NCBI RefSeq assembly: GCF_018977255.1
Contig: NW_024704742.1
Location: 135,162,001-135,226,000, forward strand
Source: Callorhinchus milii
Taxonomy: Eukaryota
Length of the DNA: 64,000 nt
Reading direction: 5' to 3'
Shown here: piece by piece, positions 13,992 to 26,143 of the stretch
Position numbering within the stretch: the stretch's first letter is position 1
Layout: every line of letters starts with the position of its first letter
The notes under the pieces: model-generated
Database searches by the model: none
Told to the model about the DNA's origin: nothing
The model's input: the letters and a program-made list of their open reading frames with translations, nothing else
Made by a program: the position numbers and the translations under genes

Positions 13992-14899
13992 GCCTTCCCC
14001 ATAGAATGCTAATATTTAAAATGGTTCGCTTTCTTATTAAACCTGAACATCCAATTCAGTTAGCTCGCCTGATTTAAAAAAGCCACACACATTTCTATTC
14101 TGAGATCCATTCAGTGACCATTCAGTGATTTTTTTTAGCAATGAACTTTACTGATCTCTTGACATCACTAAATCTTGCCTGCGTAAAACACTTTCGACAC
14201 AAAAAGGGTATCTGTGCACAGACAGTGCTGTAAATTATCTGTGGAATTTACATCAAATGGCAAAATGCACAAATAGGTACAGAGCTGAATAAATGTCCTG
14301 CTAAATTAAAAGCACTTTGGACAGAGGTTAAGTAAGAGGTATTGAACCACCTAATCAGAGATATTATAAATGGATAATCAGTGGGTACCTCAGTCACCAC
14401 TTAACAGTGCAACACAGAAACCAGTTTCTAAGCACTATATGCAACTCCTTATAGATTTAACAAGCTACCAATTTAAAGATCAACCCTTTAATATTCTACG
14501 ACGACGACAACTTGCATTTATATAGCGCGCTTCCCAGATGGTGGAACTAGGGAGACCAGCAAGTTCCCTTGCCACAGGATCAACACAGCTGTCCCAGTAA
14601 ATATAATACTATTTGTGGGAAGCTGCTGTGAGCAATTGGCTGCTGCGTTTTGCCCACAAAATGTAGTCAATTCACTTTACACTATATTCTGCGAAGCACT
14701 TTGAGACGTCTCGAAGACGTGATAAGACGCTATATCGAATGCAAGTATCATTATTGTTAATTATTATTATTATCAAAGCAAAGGGCCAGTAAATATTTCA
14801 ATCCTATTCTCACAGTCCACAATTCCACTATCTGTTGATGCCTTCACAGCAGGGCTGTGCACTGGGGACATTGAAGTGGAATCAAAGCCAGCCATACTG

Positions 14900-15085
14900 T
14901 TTGAAGCTTGAGTTTGGTTATATGCCAAGCACCATACAGGGGATTTGATATCAGCCCAAACCTGGGCTCTCTCCAGGTGAGCTCCCCACGCAACCGCAGG
15001 ACTGACCTTTCTACATTTGGTAATTGGTATGAAGAAGGGGCATAGCAGGAAATCAGGCCCATGAGTAATACACAAACCATCCACT
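14900..15085 (-). mobile_element. Possible PIF/Harbinger transposase relic
   Basis: Frameshifted PDFLLCPFFIPIT...LERA/FGLI/KSPVWCL resembles the Harbinger DDE C-terminal PWLMTPF..P.T...IERAFGLLKSRWRCL pattern. Confidence 0.35.
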
Positions 15086-15166
15086 TCCCTGACTCTAGCC
15101 TTTAGAAATTATGAAACATGCACAAGTTTCTGGGTCTAATAGCCCCCTGAGAACTTTCGTCTTCTA

Positions 15167-15969
15167 CCTATACTAATAAAGACAAAGTGTCTGTCTGTGT
15201 GTCAGTATATCTGACAATCATGCAACAATCGATTGACGTAGAAACATGATTTATACCTCTTCGGAAAGGTCTTGCAAGTGGCAGTTTCATGGACATTTTT
15301 TGGGGGGAGGATCTCCTAGCGTTAATGAGCTATATTAAAAATGCTTTAATTAAGCCCCAAAATATTACATAATATTCTGCAATAACATAGCGACAGAGGA
15401 AAGCACACACAGTTCAGAGAAATACATCTATATTCTGCAACAACAACAAAATTACATTTATAGAGCGCCTTTCACGTCGGGAGGACGTCCTAAAGCACTG
15501 GAACAAATGTAATGTATTTTTGTCTGGTTGTCATGGGGGCTATCATCCTCCCATGTGGGACAGACAGAGAGAGACTGAGATAGTGAGAAAAACTGAGAAA
15601 GACAAATCAAGATAGTGAGAGAGAGACAGAGAGAGAGACTGGGACAGAGAGACTGAGATAGAGACTGTGAGAGAGACTTTTTTTTTTGGAAGAGACAACA
15701 AAATTACATTCATAGAGCACCTTTCACGTTGGGAGGACGTCCCAAAGCGCTGAGACAGAGAAAGACGAAGAGAGAGACAGACTGAGAGAGAGAGAGACAA
15801 ACAGAGAGAGACTGGGAGAGAGAGATAAAAAATATTAAAAGAGGGTCTCCCCCTGAGTCCTCACAGTATAGATAAAGACGAAATGTCTCTCTGTGTGTGT
15901 GTCTGTGTGTCAATCCAATTCCATATTGGGTCAGTTGGTTGCAAGCGAAGCTACAACGGGTACAGCTAG
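15167..15969 (+). mobile_element. Non-autonomous Helitron-like element
   Basis: 5' a|(c)ctatactaataaag, subterminal hairpin 15938-15957, 3' CTAG|t, inserted between A and T with no TSD. Confidence 0.75.
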
Positions 15970-16294
15970 TATATATATATATATATAACTAATAATAGTT
16001 CTTATATTTGGTATAGCAACTTCCATGTCAAATTTACAATCGAGCAGTTCAGTGATTAACTGTGCATTTTGTGAGTGAAATGTTTTCTTTATTGAAGGTC
16101 TGGAATATAAATGGATGTGAGTCTTCAGTTATACAGAATGATGCTCAAACCTCATTTGGAGTTGCGTATCCATTTTGGGAACTGAATCTTAAGAAGGAAT
16201 ATATTAACCTTGAAGAGGATTTATTTAATACCTTTAATATCTGGGCTGAAGAGGCTATATTCTTCATAGGAGAGTATGTGCAAATAATTCATAT

Positions 16295-16870
16295 ACTCTC
16301 TTTCTTTCTCTCTGCCTCTCTCCATCGCTTTATGTCTATCTGCCTCTCTGTATCTGTCTGCCCCTCTCTCTTTCCATCTCTGTCTCTCTCTCTCTCACTC
16401 TGCTTGTCCTCGTCTCTCTCATCAGTCTGTTCATTCACTCACTCTCAGTGTATGTCTCTCATTTCTCTCTTGCTGTCAATTCTATTACTGTCTCTCTGTT
16501 TCCAGACTGTCTGTGTGTGTGTGTTGGTGGTGGGGTGGGTGAAGGGGAAGTGCTTGAGATTTATTTTTCATGAATGATGAGATGATGACAGGTGAGAGAG
16601 GGAGAGAATCAGAGAGAGAGAGAAATTACAGAGGGAGAGAGAGGGAATCATGAAAAGAGAAAGATGGGGACTGAGATAGGGAGTGTGAGACTAGAAATGG
16701 AGAGAGAGAGAGTGAAACTGGGGGCAGAGAGAGAGAGAGAGAAAAGGGAATTAAGGAAAAAAGAGACCAGGGATTGAGAAAGAGGATGAGACTGCAGATA
16801 GTGAGACAAGAGAGAGTGTTTGAGAGACGGAGAAAGAGTGACTGAAACTGGGGATTGAGAGACAGACACA
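16295..16870. repeat. Degenerate (CT)n tract followed by a (GA)n tract
   Basis: Pyrimidine-rich at about 16295-16510 and purine-rich at about 16590-16870. Confidence 0.85.
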
Positions 16871-17141
16871 GACGTAAATCTGCCCACCATCCTGCCTATC
16901 CCTTGCTCCGTGTTTATTGTTTTTTTAATGAAAAGAATGTCATCATTTCACTACTCGGAACCAGATATCTAGAGAATTCGGTAATTCTCTGGAATCCCAA
17001 CGCCTCCGGGATGGATCTCGTGGGATTCGGGAAGCCCATAGAAATCCAAGTTTTCCAGGCATTTGGGGTTCCTAAAGAACATTTTCTGGGATCCCAGATA
17101 ATTCCCACTATCCTGGACAATTCCCACTATCCCTGATAATC

Positions 17142-17516
17142 GTGGAGTTCTGTAGTGAAGCGGTTAGAGCACTCATCTAGCGAGAGAACCCGGGTTCGAT
17201 TCCAGGGCAGGTCATAACCTTAGGCAGGTTTCCTTACTCCACACACAGGCCACAGTTTACCCAGCAGTAAGTAGGAATCTGGTTATTAGTCGATTGGCGG
17301 ATCTCTTTCCGGGGTAATAATCCCTTCAAAAAATAAATAATAATAATAATTTGGTCGTTCAATCCATGACTGATGTGGGACACTGCTGGGCGCAATTGGC
17401 TGCCACATTTTGCTTACAAAATACAGTCAATTTACTTTACAGTATATCCTGTGAAGCGCTTTGAGGCAGCTCACCGACGTGATAAGGCGCTATATCAAAT
17501 GCAAGGATTATTATTA
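17142..17516 (+). mobile_element. tRNA-derived SINE, long subfamily, full length
   Basis: Head gtggagttctgtagtg...gggttcgattcc, body, and tail aaatgcaaggattattatt. Confidence 0.9.
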
Positions 17517-17519
17517 GTG

Positions 17520-17830
17520 TTTAGGCTAGGGATATATTCCTTAAAGAGCAGAGGAAGACAAAGGATGATTTAATTGAGATATTTACAATAATGAAAGTAA
17601 TTGATAAATTAGATAGTGGACGTCTCTTCCCCCTGGTATAGAGATCTGTGATAAAGAGCCACAGCCTTAAAATTACAACCAAGACGGTTATAATTGAGGT
17701 GAGGAACCATTTTTTCACACAGAGGTGGAGATGTGCAATGTTCTCCCCCTGGAATCAACAGGGATTATTTTTTTAAAAAGATATACATATACTTCAGTAT
17801 TAGAAATGTTAAAGGGTGTGATTAAAGAGT
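17520..17830 (+). mobile_element. CR1 LINE 3' fragment
   Basis: Decayed RGDLIE.FKIMK...LFP...HSLKI...FFTQR pattern of the CR1 ORF2 C-terminus. Confidence 0.75.
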
Positions 17831-18504
17831 GGGGTTTCGGATAAAACAATTTGAGAAGAATAATCTTTGCATTTGATATAGTGCCTTATCATGCCTTCGA
17901 GAGGTCTCAAAGCGCTTCACAGAATATACTGTACAGTGAATTGACCGGGCGAAACGCGGCAGCCAATTGCACAAAGTTGTGACCCTGAACAGTCATGGAT
18001 TCAAGTGACCAATTCTTTTTCTCTTTGAAGGAATTATTTCCCTCAGAAAAGCGATCCGCCAATCGAATAACAAATGGTTCCTACTTACTGCTGTGTATGT
18101 GAAGTAATAATAATCCTTGCATTTGATTTAGTGCTTTTCACATCTTCTAGATGTCTCAAAGTGCTTCACAGAATAGACTGTAAAGTGAATTGCCTGCATA
18201 TTTGTGGGCGAAATGCGGCAGCCAATTGCACAGCAATGTGAAAAGTGCTATATCAAATGCAACGATTAGTATATATTATATAGTTTGTGTTCCCAAAAGT
18301 CTTTTATAAACACATCTCCTGCACTTCCCATTCCATCTTTATTTCCATGCTATAACTAACTGTGCAACTCAACATTAACCAAAACATATTCCAGCCATAG
18401 AAAATGTAATCGGAAAATAACCAAAGAATGGCAAGGACGGGGTAAGAAGAAAAAGAACACAGGATTTCTTCCAACAACAACAAGCATTTATATAGAGTCC
18501 GTCA

Positions 18505-18960
18505 TATAAGAACATAAGAAATGCTCGATGAAAAAAAAGACCAACGTCCATCTAGTTCTCCTTCCACCTTCCTGGCGGTCGCATGTACATATGTCCCAAA
18601 CTATCTATGTACTATATCCCATAATGTTATTTCCTAAAAGAAAACCATCTAATCTGTGTTTGAATGAATCAACACTTCCTGCTTCAACCATCTCCCTAGG
18701 GAGCCTGTTCCGCAGATTCACTGTTCGCTCACTGAAATAGTGTTTGCGTAGATTTGTTCTGAATTTACCCCCTTCAATCGCAGGCTGTGTCCTCTGGTTT
18801 TACTATTCTGGACAAGTTAAAACAGCCTGTCATGATCTATACTGTTTCTCCCCTTTAGAATCTTAAGGATAGCAATCATGTCACCTCTCAATCTTCTCTT
18901 ATCCAGCGTGAACATGTCCAATTTATTTGGTCGCTCCTCATAGTCCAGTCCCTCCATTGT
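18505..18960 (-). mobile_element. CR1 LINE 3' end
   Basis: Minus strand reads YEERPNKLDMFTLDKRRLRGDMIAILKILKG...YFSERTVNLRNRLP; (ttcttatg)n tail. Confidence 0.85.
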
Positions 18961-19033
18961 TTTTTTGTTTGTTGTCTCCCCCTGTTTCCCTCAAACGGAA
19001 CCAGCAATGATCACTGTGGTCATTTTATGCCAC

Positions 19034-19344
19034 AATAATAATAATAATCCTTGCATTTGATATAGCGTCGGGAGGACGTCCCAAAGCACTTCACAGAACA
19101 CACTGTAAAGTGAATTGACTGTATATTTGTGGGCGAACGCGGCAGCCAATTGCGCACAGCAATGTCCCACAAACAGTCGTAGATTGAAAATGACCAATTT
19201 ATTATTGTTTTTGGTTTTGGAGGGATTATTATTAGGTGTGTGGAGTAAGGAAAGTTGCCCAAGGTTTCGCCCTCTGCCTGGAATTGAACTCAGGTCTCTC
19301 GCTTGCAAAGCGAGTGCTCTAACCACTGAGCTACAGGACTCCAC
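19034..19344 (-). mobile_element. tRNA(Ala)-like SINE, young short subfamily
   Basis: Intact A and B boxes, anticodon arm ctcgc-tttgcaa-gcgag, (TTA)n tail. Confidence 0.93.
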
Positions 19345-20300
19345 AATAACAAGCCCGGGTGCTTGGCTTTGTCATGTATTCACAGGTTTAGTTTTCTCAT
19401 TGGGAAACGGGTGCCGTGGCACTAGTATTCAGTTAAGGTTTTTAAATTTCGGGGGTGGTTTTACACACGTCGTGATCTTGGTCATTCCACATGCTGGAGT
19501 TTTGTCAAATTTACTTCGGACTCATGAATGTATTGTCTTACTCTAATTTTTACATTGCAGGAATCTGCTCGTTTGATTTTTTGTTCATGTTAGGTTTTTA
19601 GTTGGGGTTGGAGATAGCTGTCTAGATCATCTAACAACAACTTTTGTATAGCACTCTTCACGTGGGGTAGCGACTTGGAGCGCTAAATGTTCAGGGGCAG
19701 CGTTCATTTAGGTTCTGTCCTAGTTTGACAGTGGTTTTTAGTGGGGATGAATGTCAGGTCTTTGTTCAGGAGCTAGTCCGTGCTGGTGTGGGTTAAAAGC
19801 TTGGGAGCCATTTAAAATGTTCGTAACCAGCTCCAGGTCCCGCTTCTCTCAGTCTCCTGTGCTTTTTAGTTTAAATACCTGGAAACTGGGTTAAATACCT
19901 GGGTTAGGGTTAGAGACATTAACTGTGTCCTTGGTCCCAGTGGATTTTGTTTAGGCTCCACTTTAAATGTATTTTCTGGAATTGCTGGGATAAACTGCTG
20001 TCTATTCCTAATGAATTCATTCATCTTCTGCAATGTGGTCTGTTCCTTCCTGCTCAGGTTTGGACTAAAATAAATTTCCGTAGCCCACATCTTGGCTTTA
20101 GGGAAGCCGAGTTGTGCTCTTTGCAGCAAAGTCTGCAATTGTTTAGTTGAAGTCTATGCAGTCTTCTAGGGAAGTTCTACCCGAGGAAGGAGTCAAACTG
20201 TGTGTCCTTGTTGAGACAACCCCCTATCCTTAAATGATTTATCTCCAACAATGAGGTAAAATCTTGGGCGGGGGCAGTGGTATGAGGTGGAAAGGTGGCA
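19345..20300 (-). mobile_element. Decayed Penelope-like element: SGNH-like ORF remnant followed by the RT N-terminus
   Basis: Ordered motifs LIVGD (20241-20255), QFDSFLG (20180-20200), IHW (19937-19945), LLNKDLTFIPT (19740-19772) and IKRAD...QYIHESEVNL (19506-19577). Confidence 0.65.
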
Positions 20301-20384
20301 ATATGCACGATCATAATGTTTGGTTCTGACAGAGACAGAGGAAATGGGACGAGTCGGAGTGGGAGAGGGGGGGAGTTTTTGAGT

Positions 20385-20578
20385 TTTCGGGGTAAGGAAC
20401 TGAAGACCCAATCGCTGATGATGGCATGGAGAGGGCAGGAGACTTTTGATAGAAAATAATATCTCAGGATACAATATTACAATATATAGTTCGGGACACG
20501 ACATGTCAAGAGTGGTGGATGATGAACTGGATGGACCTTGGTCTTCTTTTGCCTGCCTAGCAAATTCTTATGTTCTTA
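20385..20578 (+). mobile_element. CR1 LINE 3' end
   Basis: Related to the 18505-18960 3'UTR (gaactggatggaccttggtcttc; tail ttcttatgttctta). Confidence 0.75.
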
Positions 20579-20646
20579 CCCAAACCTGGGTTAGCTGAGC
20601 GGTGGAGTGGGATAGGGGAAGATTGGAGACCCTCTGACCACCCTCA

Positions 20647-20946
<300 letters not shown>

Positions 20947-23241
20947 TCAGAAAATATACAGTCAATTCATTTTACAGTGTATCCTGTGAAGCGCTTTGAG
21001 ACGTCTTGAGATGTGATAAGTGCTGTATCAAATGCAAGGATTATTATTATAATTACACGTACAGTCCTATCACATTTATTCACTTCAATTCAAACAACAG
21101 ACACACACTGTGGTTGAATTTATGACCTAATAATGACAACATACATTACTTAGACGTGGGCCTTGAACACACAATCTTCAGAGTGCTAATGACTGAAACA
21201 AGCTGACACAAGAGTATAAGTCAGGCTTATTCTTCAGTTTAAACTAAACAACAACAAAATTACATTGCTACAAGCAATTGCTCTTTCACGTTAAATAGAC
21301 GTTCCAATGCGCTGAACAGTCAGGAATCAGTTCCACCCTTTCGGTGGATGTTAAAGATCACATAACACTATTTGAAAAACGAAAGGAGAAGGGACACAAT
21401 CCCCCAAACAATTTGGTTATTTCACTCATGGCCGTTTGTGGGAGCTTACTGTAAGTATGATCAAGTGCGGTGACTACGTATCTATAGACAAACACGGCAG
21501 CCATATCGTGCAGCATAGACTCCCACAAACGGTTGGGACTATGGGCTTGTAATCTAGGCTGACCCTCCAGTGCTGTGATGGGAGTGCGCTGCATTGCCAG
21601 AAGTTGCTTTCTTCAGATGAAACATCTAACGAAAACTAGGTCCTGTCTGCCTGTTCAGGTGGATGTTAAAGATCCCATGTCAGGACTTGAAAAGAGAAGG
21701 GAATCTCTCCCGGTTTCCTGGCCAACACTGAACAGTTAGATGCTGACACAAAAGATGATACAAAAATGCAAGTGCTTTAAATTCTTCTTCATGTGTAGGT
21801 AATTTTGGAAGCGAGTACACCAATAAATTACGATGACAATCTGTCACTAACAACAGGCAGGTTGCAAAAATTTACCAAGCGGGTTTTACATTCTAATCAC
21901 AATCCTCCAACGAGTTTACATGCTGCTTGACATTGATCGATTTAATAAAACAACACAGGACACAGGAGGATGGCTTGGGAAGGAGTCCCACTACAGTAAT
22001 GAAATTCAAAGATTCTGCCAATTGGCACCCAGCGCACAAAGTGAGGGCGCGTTTTAATTTCAAGAAGGACTTGCAGCGACAATATATTCCCACTCACACA
22101 GCAACAATGACTTGTACAGGTCAAGTGAGCTGGAACTCAGTTAATAACAGACATTCTCCCTAAAGCTGTGCCAAAGTGTTTTCCATTCGAGATTGTGCAG
22201 TTTAGCAGTCCACCATGCACAATTAATTGGCTAAAAGCACACACATTATGTCCAAATAGTTTTCAATCAAACACCACCCCTTTACATGAGAAATGCCCTC
22301 TCATTTGCTTCAAGCTACATCTCTTGTATACACACCATACACAATAGGGTTCTTCAATAGCAGACGCATACCAAATGCACATTGCCACAAGTGACTCTTG
22401 GAACAGGGGTGGGACAACAACAATAATAATAATTCTTGCATTTGATATAACACCTTATCCCATCATTAAGATGTCTCAAAGCGCTTCACAGAATATATCT
22501 CAAAGTGGAGTGACTGTGTATTTGTGGGCAAAATTGTATCAAGTATCAATTTTTACTATTATGTGTGTTTTATCTCTATATATATATATGAGGGGAGGGG
22601 TGAGGAAGGCAAATACATTATAAATTGTACAAAATATAAATTGTGCCAAGTATTAAACAAGCAAGTTGGATGTAAAAGGGATTGATAGTAGTTCAACTAT
22701 TGGACCAGTGCAGAATCAAGAGATCAAGTCATCCTGATCACAACCTTATTACAATTAAATAGCTTAAAGTAAACACTTACATAGAATTACATAGATTTGT
22801 CAAAGAAACAGGCCAGTCAGTCCAAGTAGTCCATGCTGTTGTTTATATTCTACAAAAGCCCCACCCCTCTCATTGCCTTCTCCTTTACCTCTCTATTCCC
22901 TTCTCCCTTACATTTGATATAGCCATACAATGTCTCAAAGCACTGGTCAAGGAAGTGCTGTCGAGTACAGTGACTACATATGCATAGGCAAAGAAGGCAG
23001 CCCAATTTCACATGGCAAGGTCCAGCAATTCAAATCAACCTATTCTATATATACACACATATATAATATATATTATTTGATACTGGATCCATTCAAAGGG
23101 TGTCAAGGGATATGGGGCAAAGACAGGTAATTGGATTTGAGGTACAGATCAGCCATGATTTAATAGAATGGCACAACAGCTTAAGGGGCTTAATGACCTA
23201 ATCCTGTTATTATGTTCCTGTATATTATATATATAAATTTA

Positions 23242-23592
<351 letters not shown>

Positions 23593-23871
23593 TCACATAC
23601 AGTCAGTGTGTTTTCTTAGAAGACTCCCATTATATTAACCTTCATTCCATTCAGCCTCTGGCCAGCATCTAGAGTCAAAAGTCTCCATAGTCCCACTGAC
23701 ACTCTGTGGATTCAGATGCTGCCTTACCTACCTCGAGGAATACAATGGTTTGTCTTCAATATGCACATTAGCAGCAATCTCTATTGCCACAGCATAAAAC
23801 CATTGTTTACATGGCAACATAAAGATATGTTAAGTATGAGAATGAAAAAAAAGATGGAGACTACTATTGAT

Positions 23872-24213
23872 AAATAATAATATTCCTTGCATTTGATATA
23901 ACACCTTTCACGCCTTCTAGACGCCTCAAAGTGCTTCACAGAATACCCCTGAAAGTGAATTGACTGTATATTTGCAAACAAAATGCAGGAGACAATTGCG
24001 CACAGCAATGTCCTACAAACAGTTGTGGATTGGGTGACCAATTTATTATTGTTATTTTTTTTGCGGGATTATTATCCCCGGAAAAGCGATCCACCAATCG
24101 ACGAACAACCGGGTTCCTACTTACTGCTAGGTAAACAGAGACCTGCCGGGAATAGAACCCAGGTCTCTCACTTGCGAGGCAAGTCCTCTAACCACTGAGC
24201 TACAGGACTCCAC
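23872..24213 (-). mobile_element. tRNA-derived SINE, long subfamily
   Basis: Head gtggagtcctgtagctcagtggttag, with the shared body and tail. Confidence 0.9.
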
Positions 24214-24689
24214 AATTTATGACAAGTAGTAAGGAAAGTGGAATTAGGAGAGTTAATAGGGTGTAGAAGCACGATAATCATTCCCTCCATCCCACCCACT
24301 TTCAAGGTAAGCCTAAAAACATACATCCTTGACTGTGCTTTTGGTCACCTTTTCCCTAAGTTCCTATCCTCAACTTCAGTGCCAGCCAGAATTATCAAGT
24401 GCTTTGGGTCAACCTACTAATGTGAAAAGTGCTGTAAAACTGTAGACTATAATAATAATAATAAATTGGTCACTCAATCCATGACTGTTTGTGGGACACC
24501 GCTATGCGCATTTGGCTGCTGCATTTCACCAACAAAAATACAGTCAATTCACTTTACCGTATATCCTGTGAAGCGCTTTAACGTCTCGAAAACGTGATAA
24601 GATGCTATATCAAAATGCTAGGATTATTATTGTATTGTTTGACCTGTGGTGAAACAAGTTCGAAGGACCTAACGACCTTCTCCGGTTCA

Positions 24690-24938
<249 letters not shown>

Positions 24939-26143
24939 TCAAACCCCAGCTCAAGCAGAATCAATAGTACGTAGAGATTTGCACAGGCAGGCAGCGGCAG
25001 AACTGCATCTCGTGAAGCACATGTGACGGATCTGGGCATAAGATTCAATACTGCCAGCTTTGGATATTTAGTTAAAAAAAACTTCAGTGTTATTGCTCTA
25101 CAAAAGCAAACTGTACAGAGTAAACTGTTTACGCAACTTAATGCAAAAAAAACTACATAACAGCAACAACAGTCTACAGAAAGCGGACAAAAAGCTGGGA
25201 AGCAAGTAATAGAAGTTTCTCCAGGCCAGATACATAGATAGTGCTGGACGAAAGAAGACCGAGGTTCATCCTGTTCACCTTCCACCATCATGGGAGTCGC
25301 ATGCACATGTCATGTCCTGAACAACTCATATGCCAAATCCCAAAATATTGTTTCCTAAAAGAAATCTATCCAATTTGTATTTGAAGGAATCAACAGTCTC
25401 TGCTTCCACCATCTCCCTAAGGAGCCTGTTCCATTGATTAACCAAGATACATTGAGGGAATCTTCTGGGAATTTGGATGAGATGGACTGATGGTAACAGA
25501 AATTATTACTTTTCTGCCAGAGTCACCTCGAACTTCAACAAATGCTACAATTAGCCCCAATTTTAAAAGCAGGCAAAATGCAACCAAAATGGAAGACATG
25601 CAAACACCACTCTGAATATCTAACTCAACATACCATCTTAAGATTTAACAAGCATGTTAAACTCAAGCATAGAATGCAAACAGAAAAATCATTATGAATA
25701 TCTGATAGGAATCTAATCTAAATGGGGAAAGATGGGGGAATAGGGGGCAGGTAAACAAAGGAGTTAAGTTATTAAAAGCGAGTTTGCAGGTGCACAAAGC
25801 ATTCATAGCAACATATTTATATATATATAGGAACAGGAGTAGGTTATTCAGCCCCTCGAGCCTGTTACGCCATTCTATTAGATCATGGTTGATCTGTATC
25901 TCAACTCCAAATATCCCTTGATCCCTTTACCTAATAAAAATCCATCCGTCTCAGTCTTGAAAATTTGATTGGATCCAGTATCCACAGCCTTTGAGGGCGA
26001 GAGATCCAGATTTCCACTATCAATTAATATCAAATAAACTATACTACATTCAAGGCTGAAAGGATGCTGACCATTACGAGAAGGAGGTTTATACGTCAGG
26101 AAGTACTGGATCAACTGTAGAATCCTGGTTAATCTTGGAGTAC

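Noticed and set aside
16062..16577. 171-aa ORF
   Set aside because: The frame stays open because of the (CT)n low-complexity tract, and there is no recognisable domain.
19270..19344. tRNA-like sequences (A box, B box, anticodon arm)
   Set aside because: These are SINE heads: they lack an acceptor stem and run on into the SINE body, so they are not tRNA genes.
19901..19913. gggttagggttag telomere-like repeat inside the Penelope-like relic
   Set aside because: Only about two units, so compatible with chance.
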